The position numbers and the translations under genes are program-made. A stretch of 59,598 nt of DNA from Acidiferrobacterales bacterium (GTDB taxonomy: Bacteria > Pseudomonadota > Gammaproteobacteria > Acidiferrobacterales > DATGVQ01): assembly GCA_035300145.1 (NCBI GenBank), contig DATGVQ010000015.1, positions 1 to 59,598 on the forward strand, written 5' to 3'. The notes beneath the pieces are model-generated. The model ran no database searches. It saw nothing but the letters and a program-made list of their open reading frames with translations, and had not been told where the DNA came from. Position 1 is the stretch's first letter. Each line of letters starts with the position of its first letter. This document shows positions 10,971-21,401 of the stretch, piece by piece.

Positions 10971-13376
10971 TTATTTTACAGTTGGAAATACCAGGCGCGC
11001 TATTTCGCGATAATGCTTGACAAAATGCGCTTTAATGCCCTTGCGGATATGCTCCGGCAATTCATCAAAATCACTTTTGTTGCCGTGAGGTAAAATCAAT
11101 TCAGCAAGCTTCACCCGCCGGGACGCGATCACTTTTTCCCGTACGCCGCCGACCGGCAGCACATGGCCGGTCAAAGTAATCTCTCCGGTCATAGCTAAGG
11201 CGCGCGAGATCTTCTCGCTGCGCGCCAATGATAACAGCGCGGTCGCCATCGTGATGCCGGCGCTCGGCCCATCTTTAGGTATCGCCCCCGCCGGCACATG
11301 CAAGTGTAAATAGGCCTTATCAAAATAATTGTTTTTACCGCCGTACTGCTTGCAATGGGAAGCAATGTAACTATAGGCGATCTCGGCCGATTCGCGCATG
11401 ACATCGCCGAGCTGGCCGGTCAACTTCAAACCACGGTTGTTGTGGTGCACGCGCGTGGCCTCAATGTCGAGCGTGGCGCCGCCCATCGGTGTCCAGGCCA
11501 ACCCGGTAGTCACCCCGACTCCATGTAACGGTTTCACCGGCTGGAATATCGGCTTGTCGAGATATTCTTTTAGATTTTTAGTGGTGATTTTGATCGGCGG
11601 TTTCCCGCCCTTTAAGATCGCCACCACCGCCTTACGCACGATAGTGCCGAGTTTCTTTTCCAAATTGCGCACACCGGCTTCGCGCGCATAGCCTTCAATA
11701 ATTTCGCGCACCGCCGCGGTTTCAATCTTAAGTTGCCCGCGCTTTAAGCCCGTCTTTTCCAGTTGCCGCGGGATCAGATGATTCTTTGCAATGGCGAGTT
11801 TTTCGCTCGTGATATAACCCGCCAGGCGAATCACTTCCATGCGATCTAACAGCGGGCGGGGAATGGTATCCAACTGATTGGCGGTGCAAATAAACAACAC
11901 CTTGGAAAGATCAAAGCGCACGTCCAAATAATGATCAAGAAAGTCGGCGTTTTGCTCCGGATCCAATGCTTCTAGCAAAGCAGAGGCCGGATCCCCATGA
12001 TAGGAAGAACCGATCTTATCGATCTCGTCCAGCATGATTACCGGATTCGCCACCCCAACCTCTTTAATAGCCTGGACGAACTTGCCCGGCATCGCGCCGA
12101 TATAGGTGCGGCGATGCCCCTTAATCTCGGCCTCATCACGCACGCCGCCGACTGAGAAGCGATAAAACTTGCGCCCTAGGACGCTAGCCACAGAGCGCCC
12201 GATGGACGTTTTGCCCACGCCGGGGGGGCCCACCAGCAATAAAATGGAGCCCGCGACCTCACCCTTCATGACTCCTACCGCGAGAAATTCAATAATCCGG
12301 TCCTTGACATCTTCCAGGCCGTCATGGTCTTCATCCAATACCTTGCGCGCATAACCAAGGTCGATTTTATTTTGCGAATATGCGCCCCACGGCATGAGCG
12401 TAAGCCAATCGAGATAATTGCGCGTCACCGCATATTCCGGCGAGCCGACCTCCAGCATCGTCATTTTTTTTATTTCCTCCTCGATGCGTTTGTGCGCGCC
12501 TTCCGGCACGATCAGCTTTTCCAGGCGCGAGCGGAATAAATCCAATTCCGCCGTGCGATCATCCTTGGCGAGGCCCAGTTCTTTTTGAATCGCCTTGAGT
12601 TGTTCGCGCAGGAAAAATTGCCGTTGCTGTTCATTGATCTTTTCCTCCACTCGCTCGTTGATGCGCGCCTGCGCCTTCGCGATCTCAACCTCCTTTTTCA
12701 GCAGCACCAGCACTTTTTCCAGGCGATCCAAAATGCGCGTCGCCTCCAACACCTCTTGCAGCTCTTGTTTGCCGGCAGTGGTCAGGCTTGCGGCGAAATC
12801 CGCCAAACGCGAAGGCTCGTTCGGGCCAAAGCGGCTGAAAAAGAGTTTGAGCTCTTCCCCATACATGGGATTGAGCGGCAATAACTCTTTGATAGTGTTG
12901 ATGATCGCGACCGAATAGGCTTTTAATTCCGGCACGTCTTGATAGGCGGTTTCCGGATAATATCGCGCCCGTACTACAAACGGCTTTTCCCTTGAAATCC
13001 AATCTTCAACCCGGAACCGCTGCAAGCCCTCGACATAAAGTTGCAGCTTATCTTGGAATTGTACGACCCGGTGGATGCGGCCCGCCGTCCCCATGCTGTA
13101 TAAATCATCCGGCCCCGCCGCCGATGAATTGTCGCTGCGCGTTAGCACTAGCCCGATCAGTTTGTGCGCAGTTTCAGCGGCGCCTTCGATCGTGCGCAGC
13201 CACGGTTCGCGATCTACCACTAAAGGAATAGCCTGACCGGGAAAGAACGGACGGTTAACGAGTGGCAATAGGTGTAGGATGCTGGGCAATACCTCGCTTG
13301 GACGGGCTAATGGAGGAACATTGCCAATCGCTTCTGATTCACCTTCGGTATTAATTTGATTGCTATCTTCGGTCAT
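10971..13376 (-). CDS. lon: ATP-dependent Lon protease
   Basis: 801 aa with Walker A GPPGVGKTS and the catalytic PKDGPSAGITMATAL. Confidence 0.95.
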   Translation of the reverse strand: MTEDSNQINTEGESEAIGNVPPLARPSEVLPSILHLLPLVNRPFFPGQAIPLVVDREPWLRTIEGAAETAHKLIGLVLTRSDNSSAAGPDDLYSMGTAGRIHRVVQFQDKLQLYVEGLQRFRVEDWISREKPFVVRARYYPETAYQDVPELKAYSVAIINTIKELLPLNPMYGEELKLFFSRFGPNEPSRLADFAASLTTAGKQELQEVLEATRILDRLEKVLVLLKKEVEIAKAQARINERVEEKINEQQRQFFLREQLKAIQKELGLAKDDRTAELDLFRSRLEKLIVPEGAHKRIEEEIKKMTMLEVGSPEYAVTRNYLDWLTLMPWGAYSQNKIDLGYARKVLDEDHDGLEDVKDRIIEFLAVGVMKGEVAGSILLLVGPPGVGKTSIGRSVASVLGRKFYRFSVGGVRDEAEIKGHRRTYIGAMPGKFVQAIKEVGVANPVIMLDEIDKIGSSYHGDPASALLEALDPEQNADFLDHYLDVRFDLSKVLFICTANQLDTIPRPLLDRMEVIRLAGYITSEKLAIAKNHLIPRQLEKTGLKRGQLKIETAAVREIIEGYAREAGVRNLEKKLGTIVRKAVVAILKGGKPPIKITTKNLKEYLDKPIFQPVKPLHGVGVTTGLAWTPMGGATLDIEATRVHHNNRGLKLTGQLGDVMRESAEIAYSYIASHCKQYGGKNNYFDKAYLHLHVPAGAIPKDGPSAGITMATALLSLARSEKISRALAMTGEITLTGHVLPVGGVREKVIASRRVKLAELILPHGNKSDFDELPEHIRKGIKAHFVKHYREIARLVFPTVK

Positions 13377-13515
13377 TATCCTGTCTCCCTGCTTAAAATG
13401 GGGATCGGCGGCGCAACTTCAAGCAGGCGCTCCCCCCTTGCTCGGTTGCTTGGACCCAAAAGTAAACTCTTTGGTCTTATTGCAACATATGTTCTCCAGT
13501 GGGATAAAATTTAGC

Positions 13516-14049
13516 ATGAGGAAATTCCTTGCCGGCCTTTTCAGTCTGTTACTTGCAGGCTGCGCCAGTCAAGTTCCGCGGACGGTGAGCGAACCGGCGC
13601 CCAGTAAGCTCAGCGTTGCGCAGGCGCGCGCCGACCAAGGACCGCTCGGCGCGCCAGTGCGCTGGGGCGGAACGATCGCCAAGGTAGAAAATCACAAGAC
13701 CGAGACCTGGATGGAAATTGTCGAGCGCCCGCTTGATAACAACGGCCGCCCCCGGCAGCTCGACCAAAGCGGAGGCCGCTTTCTGGCGCGCATCGACGGC
13801 TTTCTCGATCCGGCAATCTATACCCCCGGGCGGCCAATCACGGCGGCCGGTTTGCTGCAAGAGAATATTACCCGCCCCATTGGCGACTACACTTACACAT
13901 TCCCGGTAGTTAAAGTCACCAGCTTTTATCTGTGGCCGCCGTTATCGGAGCGTGTTTACGATGACCCCTGGTACGATCCCTGGTATCCGTGGCATTATCC
14001 TTTTTATGATCCTTGGTATCCTTACTTCCCTCATCGCTTGCCAAGGTAG
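13516..14049 (+). CDS. slp: outer-membrane lipoprotein, Slp family
   Basis: The track ORF is 13360..14049. The likely start is MRKFLAGLFSLLLAGCAS (lipobox) at 13516. It contains VRWGGTI...GRFLARIDGFLDP. Confidence 0.8.
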   Translation: MRKFLAGLFSLLLAGCASQVPRTVSEPAPSKLSVAQARADQGPLGAPVRWGGTIAKVENHKTETWMEIVERPLDNNGRPRQLDQSGGRFLARIDGFLDPAIYTPGRPITAAGLLQENITRPIGDYTYTFPVVKVTSFYLWPPLSERVYDDPWYDPWYPWHYPFYDPWYPYFPHRLPR

Positions 14050-14548
14050 ACCCGGCGCTATCCGGTTTTTAACCGGTTTTACTCTGCTTGGCTTGCTGCT
14101 GACCGCCTGCGCGACAAACCCGAAGTGGGATATACGCGGGGTCGACAAGAATATCACTCCGGCTAAAGCGGTAACTGATATTCAGGCGACACGCGGCCGC
14201 ATTGCGCAATGGGGCGGCGTCATTATAGGCGCGCAAAACTTAAAAGACGCGACCCAACTGGAAGTGCTGGCCTATCCTTTAGATGAGGCCGGCCGACCCA
14301 AGCAAGGTACTGCACCGTTAGGGCGGTTTTTGGCGCTAAAAAACGGTTACCTAGAAACAGTAGACTGGGCCGCCGGGAGATTAGCCACGTTTATCGGCCC
14401 GGTGCAAGATGCGCGCGCCGGCGCGATTGGAGAAACCAATTACACCTACCCGGTTCTCACCGTACAGCAATCGTACCTATGGCCGAAAACTTCTAACAAT
14501 ACGGAGCCGCGCTTCCACTTCGGCATCGGCATCGGCCTGCATAACTAG
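14006..14548 (+). CDS. second Slp-family lipoprotein (start uncertain)
   Basis: The track ORF is 13952..14548. It has the lipobox LLLTACAT, then AQWGGVIIG...GRFLALKNGYLE. The candidate ATG at 14006 overlaps the end of the first slp. Confidence 0.7.
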   Translation: MILGILTSLIACQGRPGAIRFLTGFTLLGLLLTACATNPKWDIRGVDKNITPAKAVTDIQATRGRIAQWGGVIIGAQNLKDATQLEVLAYPLDEAGRPKQGTAPLGRFLALKNGYLETVDWAAGRLATFIGPVQDARAGAIGETNYTYPVLTVQQSYLWPKTSNNTEPRFHFGIGIGLHN

Positions 14549-14656
14549 CAGGCCCCATTGCTCTTCCTTTCCCTCGGCTTCCCTGGGCCTCGGGATCGAG
14601 ATAAGCTTTCCCACAGCCGGGGAGAGTCCGCCCGGCCCAAGATAAGGGGAGACATC

Positions 14657-16186
14657 ATGACTAACAGCGGCATTGCCCGCGCGCGCGTACACGCGGCCGG
14701 GGGCACAGGTATAGCTTGGGTTCTGGGAGCGACGATGTTTGCAGGAATCGCCATATCGGCAATTGCTGCGGCGGCGCAAGGGATCGCTTCTGGGGAAGCG
14801 GCGGCGGGGGGGCCAAAGGCCGAGGGACAGAACATGCGGCTTCTCAGTAGCCACGACCTTCAGACCCGCAGCGCCTATCAGCCGGTTATCCATCCCCAGG
14901 GGAACCGCTGGATCCTCTACATCGGCCACCACGGCGGTGTACGGATGAACCCTCTTACCGGGGCGGAAGAGCCCAACGGCACCTCCATCCTCGACGTGAC
15001 CAACCCGCGCGCGCCACGGTTTCTCATCCACATTCCGGGCGAGAAGGGAACGGATGTCGGCGGCCGCGAGCGCGGCGGCGCGCAGATGGTGCGGGTATGC
15101 GACGGACGCACCCTTCCGAAGGGCAACCCCGACAAGGTCTACATGCTGCGCACCTTTGGCGATTCCGCCAACGAGGTGTGGGACGTGACCGTGCCCGAAA
15201 ACCCGTCACGGCTCGCCGTTATCGGCGGCGACTACAAGTCCACTCACAAGAACTGGTGGGAATGCGACACCGGCATCGCCTATCTCCCGGCGACCGCGCC
15301 CGGCTGGCGTGCGTCACGTGTCACCCGCATCTTCGATCTCTCAGACCCGGCGAACCCGGTCTTCGTTCGCGACTTCGGGCTATCCGACCAGCTTGCGGGC
15401 ACGACCGGCTACCAGTCGGCCCAGATCCACGGAGCGATGTCGACCGGGCCAACCGGCAACCGGGTTTACTTCGGCTATGGCACCAACACCCGCGGCGTCG
15501 CTCAGATCGTGGATCGCGAGAAACTCCTCGCTGGTCCTTCGGCGCCGACGCGCGAGAACCTGCTCGCCCCTCAAATTGCGCGCATCGATCTGCCTGAAAC
15601 GGTGGGGGCACACTCGACCTATCCGCTCCTCGGGGTGGAGGTCGCCGAGTACGACGAGGACAAGGTCGGGCATAAGCGCGACTTCCTGGTGGTGGTCAAC
15701 GAATCCAACGTCAACGAGTGCCAGGAGGCGCGCCAGTTCGTCTGGTTCTTCGACATCACCGATGAGCGGCGCCCGGTGGGCGTCTCCACCTACACGGTAC
15801 GGGAGGCGAGCGGCAACTTCTGCACCCGCGGCGGGCGCTTCGGCGCGCACTCGACCGAGGAGAACTTCACGCCCCTCTACTACAAGCGGCTGATGTTCCT
15901 CTCCTGGTTCAACGCCGGGGTGCGGGTGCTCGACGTGCGCGACCCCTACCGCCCGCGCGAGATCGCCTACTACATCCCTGCCACCACCGCCAAGACTGAT
16001 CGCCGCTGTGTCGACGACGTTAATAAGGTGAACTGCAAAGTACAGATCCAGATCAATAACGTGGAGGTGGACGACCGCGGCCTGATCTATGCCGTCGACC
16101 GGGCGGACACCGGGCTCTTCATCCTTGAGCTGACCGGCGAGGCGCGCGGGCTCGCGCGCATCACCCGCCCGGCTGGAGAGCGTTGA
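14657..16186 (+). CDS. LVIVD-repeat / beta-propeller-like exported protein
   Basis: The track ORF is 14558..16186. The likely start is the ATG at 14657 behind AAGGGGAGA. There is an N-terminal hydrophobic segment. Repeats such as FLVVVNE, LMFLSWFNAGVRVLDV and GLIYAVDR match the LVIVD family as I recall it. Codon usage is visibly GC-richer than in the neighbours. Confidence 0.6.
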   Translation: MTNSGIARARVHAAGGTGIAWVLGATMFAGIAISAIAAAAQGIASGEAAAGGPKAEGQNMRLLSSHDLQTRSAYQPVIHPQGNRWILYIGHHGGVRMNPLTGAEEPNGTSILDVTNPRAPRFLIHIPGEKGTDVGGRERGGAQMVRVCDGRTLPKGNPDKVYMLRTFGDSANEVWDVTVPENPSRLAVIGGDYKSTHKNWWECDTGIAYLPATAPGWRASRVTRIFDLSDPANPVFVRDFGLSDQLAGTTGYQSAQIHGAMSTGPTGNRVYFGYGTNTRGVAQIVDREKLLAGPSAPTRENLLAPQIARIDLPETVGAHSTYPLLGVEVAEYDEDKVGHKRDFLVVVNESNVNECQEARQFVWFFDITDERRPVGVSTYTVREASGNFCTRGGRFGAHSTEENFTPLYYKRLMFLSWFNAGVRVLDVRDPYRPREIAYYIPATTAKTDRRCVDDVNKVNCKVQIQINNVEVDDRGLIYAVDRADTGLFILELTGEARGLARITRPAGER

Positions 16187-16194
16187 GGCTGTTT

Positions 16195-17403
16195 CTAGGA
16201 ACCCATAGCGACCGGGCGAACCAAGGCGGCGCATTCCTTTGCGCGCTTGCGCGCCCGTTCTACGTTATCCGCCGCCGCCAGCGCCACCCCCATACGCCGG
16301 CGTTCAAAAGAACGTGGTTTGCCGAATAGGCGCAAATTAGTTTCGGGTACGCGCAAAGCCTCGTCCACATTTTCGAAACTGATGCCGTCGGCCTCGATCC
16401 CACCGTAGATCACAGCGCTCGCGCCGGCGCGACGCATGCGTGTGCCCACCGGTAAACCAAGGATGGCGCGCACATGCAGCTCAAATTCGTTTTGCGCCTG
16501 CGTGATCATCGTTACCATGCCGGTGTCGTGGGGCCGCGGGCTGACTTCAGAAAACCATACGGTGTCGCCCTGGACAAACAATTCCACGCCAAAAATACCG
16601 CGCCCACCTAGCGCCCCTGTTATTTTAGTGGCGATATCTTGCGACTTAACCAAGGCCTTATCACTCATCGCTTGCGGCTGCCAACTTTCCACATAATCGC
16701 CTTTTACCTGAAGATGGCCGATCGGATCGCAAAAATGCGTTTCCACGCTCCCGTCCGCGCCTAAGGCGCGTACCGTCAGCAAGGTAATTTCGTATTCGAA
16801 ATCGATCGCACCTTCGACAATCACACGCCCGACATTTACCCGAGTCCCGGTGGCCGCATAATCCCATGCCGTTTTTAATTCGTCGGGTGTGTCCACGCGT
16901 GACTGGCCTTTACCTGACGAAGAAACAACCGGCTTGACGATGCATGGATAACCAATACCGCCATCGACCGCCGTTTGCAATTCCTCAAAACTGGAAGCGA
17001 ATGCATAGGGAGAAGCAGGCAAGCCCAATTCCTCCACCGCCAGGCGACGTATGCCTTCACGATTCATGGTAAGCCGGGCGGCGCGCGCCGTCGGAATAAC
17101 TTCAGCAATGCCTTCGGCCTCGATTTCCACCAGCATCTCGGTCGCAATGGCCTCAATCTCCGGCACGATGATCTGCGGCCGCTCGCTCTCCACCAATTTT
17201 CGCAAAGCGCGGCCATCGGTCATGTCGATTACATGCGCACGGTGCGCGACCTGATGCGCCGGCGCATGCGCATAGCGATCGACGGCGACAACTTCCACAC
17301 CCAGGCGCTGCGCGGCGATGGCAATTTCCTTGCCGAGCTCACCGCTACCGAGCAGCATAATTTTGGTAGCGCCGGGTGACAGCGGAGTTCCAAGCTTAAC
17401 CAT
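16195..17403 (-). CDS. purT: formate-dependent phosphoribosylglycinamide formyltransferase
   Basis: 402 aa with [13 protein letters not shown] and an ATP-grasp core. Confidence 0.95.
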   Translation of the reverse strand: MVKLGTPLSPGATKIMLLGSGELGKEIAIAAQRLGVEVVAVDRYAHAPAHQVAHRAHVIDMTDGRALRKLVESERPQIIVPEIEAIATEMLVEIEAEGIAEVIPTARAARLTMNREGIRRLAVEELGLPASPYAFASSFEELQTAVDGGIGYPCIVKPVVSSSGKGQSRVDTPDELKTAWDYAATGTRVNVGRVIVEGAIDFEYEITLLTVRALGADGSVETHFCDPIGHLQVKGDYVESWQPQAMSDKALVKSQDIATKITGALGGRGIFGVELFVQGDTVWFSEVSPRPHDTGMVTMITQAQNEFELHVRAILGLPVGTRMRRAGASAVIYGGIEADGISFENVDEALRVPETNLRLFGKPRSFERRRMGVALAAADNVERARKRAKECAALVRPVAMGS

Positions 17404-17777
17404 AGTTACAATTCAGGGTCGAAGATCTTTAGAAAAATTATTAGAAAAAGTTCTACTTCAAGCTCTAATCGATCTGGCAACGGCTAACGTTCGCCTGAAA
17501 CCTCATTCAGAGGTTTGTCTGGTTTAAAACGGAAGGAAGTCCAATCTTATGCACCCCAATACCATATCCAATGCGAGCAAAAATTTCAGCACCATAAATC
17601 AAGACCGCGCACATCATACTGACAAGGGCGGCGCTGTCAATGTTATAACTATTACCTCCTAGTTGTTAAAATAAACAAAGACTAACCCTGCAGATCTGTT
17701 GATGGGCGGATTTAAGCACGGATTTTGCAGGACTATAATTACTGAAAGACTGGCTAGAATAGCCGAGGAGGCTGCAT

Positions 17778-18317
17778 ATGCTCGTACCCACTCTTTATCA
17801 ATTCTTTCGCCGCCACATCCAGCAAGGTTTTAAAGAGCATGGCTTAGCGGCTGAACCGGCCACTGTGGAGTATGTTAGTGACATTTTAACCCGCTTTGCC
17901 CGCACCCCCAACTTATATGCCGTTCATGATGCCGACGGCGCGCCGCTTGAGCATCTTGGGCAATTTCTGATCGAATACCGGCGCGCCCAGGGTTTGGAAG
18001 AGGCGCCGGCGGACCGCTCGCGCCAGGTCCTGCTTACGCGCCACCTCGGAGAATATGCGCTCTTTATGAGCGGTCTATTCCGCGAGCATCTGCAGGCGCG
18101 CGGGCAATTAGGCTACTATCTGGATCATGGCCGCAGCGCCTTTGGGCAAAGCGCCGATTTCGAAGCTAACCCGAAACGCGCGCAGGTATTCCGCCGCTTG
18201 TATTTAAACTTTGAACCTATTTCGGGCACTCTAAATTATATCCGACGCGCGCAGTTCCCGATGAAAAGTCCCGTCCTCGCTTTGGAATCCCCGTTGGTTG
18301 CGCTATGGAGGATGTAA
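17778..18317 (+). CDS. hypothetical protein
   Basis: 179-aa ORF behind GAGGAGG. No motif was recognised. Confidence 0.5.
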   Translation: MLVPTLYQFFRRHIQQGFKEHGLAAEPATVEYVSDILTRFARTPNLYAVHDADGAPLEHLGQFLIEYRRAQGLEEAPADRSRQVLLTRHLGEYALFMSGLFREHLQARGQLGYYLDHGRSAFGQSADFEANPKRAQVFRRLYLNFEPISGTLNYIRRAQFPMKSPVLALESPLVALWRM

Positions 18318-18323
18318 GGAACA

Positions 18324-19055
18324 TTAACTCCGCGCCCAGCGGCGCACGGCCACGGCGTGACGCCGGCTGACGGCAAGTTTTTTCTCCAAACCCTTTAAAT
18401 TCACCTGCCAGGTCCCGTTTGCGTCTTTTTCGATGCCTTGCACATAAGTAGTCGCCACCAGGGCATTGCGATGGATACGCAAGAAAGCCTTGCCGAATTC
18501 CCGCTCCAAATTCACTAACGAGTCTTCAATCAAATGCTCTTCTTTGGCGGTGCGCACGGTGACATATTTGCTGTCGGCAAGAAAATAAATGATCTCCGGC
18601 ACCGGGATTAAACGTATATTGCCGCGCAGATGCACGCTGATATGCGTCCGCGCGGCGGGTTGCTCTTGTGCCTGATTAATTTCATGCAACTGTTGCAAAC
18701 TCAATTTTCCTGCCTTGGCTAAGGCCTTATCGAGCCGGTCTTTACGGATGGGTTTGAGCAGATAATCCACGGCATTAACTTCGAATGCATCCAAGGCATG
18801 CTGATCGTAGGCAGTGGTAAAAATCACGCTGGGCGGCGTTTCCATGCTCATCAAGTGCATAGCGGCCTCGAGGCCGTCCATGCCCGGCATGCGTATATCC
18901 ATCAGCAGGACGTCCGGGTTCAGCTCGGTTGTCTTTTCCACCGCCTCGGCGCCGTTCATGGCCTCGCCCACCACGGCATGGCCGCCGATTTCCATCAATA
19001 ACTCGCGCAGCCGGTCGCGCGCCAGTTTTTCATCGTCAACTATCAAGATTCTCAT
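18324..19055 (-). CDS. algR: LytTR-family response regulator (AlgR-like)
   Basis: It starts MRILIVDDEKLARDRL..., has the receiver motif LLMDIRMPGMDG, and a C-terminal LytTR domain. The track ORF starts 4 codons earlier (19067). Confidence 0.85.
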   Translation of the reverse strand: MRILIVDDEKLARDRLRELLMEIGGHAVVGEAMNGAEAVEKTTELNPDVLLMDIRMPGMDGLEAAMHLMSMETPPSVIFTTAYDQHALDAFEVNAVDYLLKPIRKDRLDKALAKAGKLSLQQLHEINQAQEQPAARTHISVHLRGNIRLIPVPEIIYFLADSKYVTVRTAKEEHLIEDSLVNLEREFGKAFLRIHRNALVATTYVQGIEKDANGTWQVNLKGLEKKLAVSRRHAVAVRRWARS

Positions 19056-20181
19056 ACTTTCCTCCACGCGCAGGTAATTTGAGCACTGCGCGATATAGCC
19101 CGTTTTCTATAGTGGCCTCCAACTTCGCCGACGTTCCATAATGACTGTTAAGACGTTGGCGAATATTATCCAGCACCATCTCTTGACCTTTCTGCAGCTT
19201 AGGTGCGAGCGGCGGTGCTAACGGATTAGTTACACTGATATGAATCAATTCGTTCTCTTCCCATAGTTTTACATTAATGTTGCCGCCGCCGGCCAAAGAC
19301 TCTACCCCGTAATAGATGGCGTTCTCCAACAAGGGCTGTAAAGTCAACACCGGCATCACCGCTTTGCGGGGAAATTTACCGATATCCCAATTCACTCTAA
19401 GGCGATTATCCAGCCGCAAAACCTCCAGGCTTAAATATTTCTGCGCAACAGCGATTTCATTCTTTACCGGCACCAAGTTCTCCGCATCGCTTAACATCAT
19501 GCGAAACAAGTCGGCGACATCTTCAATTGCCGTCTCGGCCTTATGGGGAGCGACGCGGACAAGACTGGCGATACTATTCATGCTATTAAAGAGAAAATGC
19601 GGGCGGATACGTGACTGCAAGGCCTGCATTTTTGCCCGCGCTTCGGAGATCGTACGCTGCTTCAACTCGTGCTTGGCGAGAAAATAACGCAGCACCAGGG
19701 CATTGATAATGGCGCTGACCGATAAATTCTGCACATGGAAATAAGCATACCATTCCGGGTGCGGAGAGCTGATTTTACCCATACCCACCAATAGCCACAA
19801 TGCGCCCTCTCCCACTAGAAACGTAATGCTCAGCAATAAAAAATAGGCCGCGGTGAGCGCGTGCAAATTTGACAGCTGGCTTAAATATCGGCGCGCCGCG
19901 CATAGAGCCGCTACGCTTGCCAACGCAATCCATTGCACGAAAATGGAGATGATCAGCAAATCTTGCAAAATATTGGTGAAAATGCGGCGAGTAATAAGGG
20001 TAAAAACAAATGCCGACATTTCCGCAATCAGCGCCACGTTCAGGACCATCGCGCCGGTGCAAAAATTCGGTAAAAAATGAGAGTCCTCTTCACCGCGGTC
20101 TATCGCTCCCGCGGGGCGCAAGCCGGTTATTGCATCGCTTAACCACTTGTGAATAATGTTTTTAGAAAGTTCCATCTTCAA
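19036..20181 (-). CDS. AlgZ/FimS (LytS)-type sensor histidine kinase
   Basis: 381 aa, multi-TM N-terminus, with the H-box RIRPHFLFNSMNSIASL (His_kinase PF06580 type). Confidence 0.8.
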   Translation of the reverse strand: MKMELSKNIIHKWLSDAITGLRPAGAIDRGEEDSHFLPNFCTGAMVLNVALIAEMSAFVFTLITRRIFTNILQDLLIISIFVQWIALASVAALCAARRYLSQLSNLHALTAAYFLLLSITFLVGEGALWLLVGMGKISSPHPEWYAYFHVQNLSVSAIINALVLRYFLAKHELKQRTISEARAKMQALQSRIRPHFLFNSMNSIASLVRVAPHKAETAIEDVADLFRMMLSDAENLVPVKNEIAVAQKYLSLEVLRLDNRLRVNWDIGKFPRKAVMPVLTLQPLLENAIYYGVESLAGGGNINVKLWEENELIHISVTNPLAPPLAPKLQKGQEMVLDNIRQRLNSHYGTSAKLEATIENGLYRAVLKLPARGGKYENLDS

Positions 20182-21242
20182 CCTTTAACAATTGGCATTT
20201 TCACTTTAACGTGATACTGATTGCCTTCTTCGAAGCTTTGCATGGCGGCGCCGCTGCCAAAGTAAGTGAACAAACGCTGGCGAATGTTATCCATCGCGAT
20301 TTTGTTGCCTTTACCATGGGCATGCTTGCGCACCTCAGGCAGCGGATTACTGATTAAGATATTGAGAGTTTTGGCCTCCGCCCAGAGTTCTATTTTAAGC
20401 ACACCCCCGCCAAAACGCGGTTCTATCCCATGATAAATAGCGTTCTCCAGCAGAGGTTGCAAGGTCAAGGCCGGTATCAAGGCATCGCGCGGAATATTAT
20501 CGACATTCCAAGTGACTTTAAGGCGATCCCCCAAACGGAGTTTTTCTATTTCCAAGTATTGACGGGATATTTCGCGTTCTGCCGATATCGGCACCAGCTT
20601 GCGCGCATCCGCCAGCAACACGCGGAATAGATCCGCTAAATCTTGCAGCGCCGCTTCCGCGCGCGCCGGATCGCTGCGTGTCAGGCTGGCGATACTATTC
20701 ATGCTGTTAAAAAGAAAATGGGGCCGGATGCGCGATTGCAATGCCTGTAAACGGGCTTCCTGTTCCAGCTTCGCATCGGTCTGCGCGCGATAACCGAGAA
20801 TTAAATACCTTAAACCCAGGATGCTGCTGACGGCGCCGATAAGCAAGCTGCGAATCAATAACAGCATGTGCCAGTCCGGCCAACGCTCGGGGATAAAGCC
20901 AAAGTAGTAAAGGATAAATATCGTCGCCTCGGTTCCGCCGGCGATGGCGCCTAGCAACAATAAGAATACGATTACCGAGCCCGCCGTCAACGACATATGC
21001 CGTATCCATGCCGATACCAGTTTGAGTACGATGATGGCGCTTACCGCGATGGTTAATGCCAACAAGGACAACAAACGGAAATCCTGCCATGCCGGCTGAT
21101 TTAAAACCGGATTACGGCATATCGCGGCAATAATAGCGATGATTTCGGCAAAGAAAATAACGCTTATAGCAACCCGGAATGAACCGAAATCCGGCAAAAA
21201 ACGCTGCGCCTGGGGCTCCTTTTTTAGGCTGGAACTACTCAT
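20178..21242 (-). CDS. second AlgZ/FimS-type sensor histidine kinase (paralogue)
   Basis: 354 aa with an identical H-box RIRPHFLFNSMNSIASL. It overlaps the downstream kinase by 4 nt. Confidence 0.8.
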   Translation of the reverse strand: MSSSSLKKEPQAQRFLPDFGSFRVAISVIFFAEIIAIIAAICRNPVLNQPAWQDFRLLSLLALTIAVSAIIVLKLVSAWIRHMSLTAGSVIVFLLLLGAIAGGTEATIFILYYFGFIPERWPDWHMLLLIRSLLIGAVSSILGLRYLILGYRAQTDAKLEQEARLQALQSRIRPHFLFNSMNSIASLTRSDPARAEAALQDLADLFRVLLADARKLVPISAEREISRQYLEIEKLRLGDRLKVTWNVDNIPRDALIPALTLQPLLENAIYHGIEPRFGGGVLKIELWAEAKTLNILISNPLPEVRKHAHGKGNKIAMDNIRQRLFTYFGSGAAMQSFEEGNQYHVKVKMPIVKG

Positions 21243-21401
21243 AAATCACATTGGGACCAAAAATCGGCTGCAGGAAAACTTTAGGTATATAACACTATAC
21301 CTTGATTATAAAGGATGTAAAAACCGGAAAGGTGAATAACTGCGGGCGCCGCAGATTACTAAAAGCCCATCGATGGCGTTTTTTCAGCAGCCGCCGGCAG
21401 C

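Noticed and set aside
15024-16234. Long antisense or alternative-frame ORFs in the LVIVD gene (for example 15380..16234(-) and 15309..15893(+))
   Set aside because: These are typical stop-poor shadow frames of GC-rich DNA. Their sequences are Arg/Pro/Gly-rich and low in complexity. The sense frame has a coherent repeat protein with an RBS.
17507-17617. 36-codon hydrophobic minus-strand ORF (MMCAVLIYGAEIFARIGYGIGVHKIGLPSVLNQTNL) ending in a hairpin, considered as a type I toxin-like peptide
   Set aside because: There is no recognisable RBS or promoter, no antisense RNA features and no family resemblance. It cannot be supported from sequence alone.
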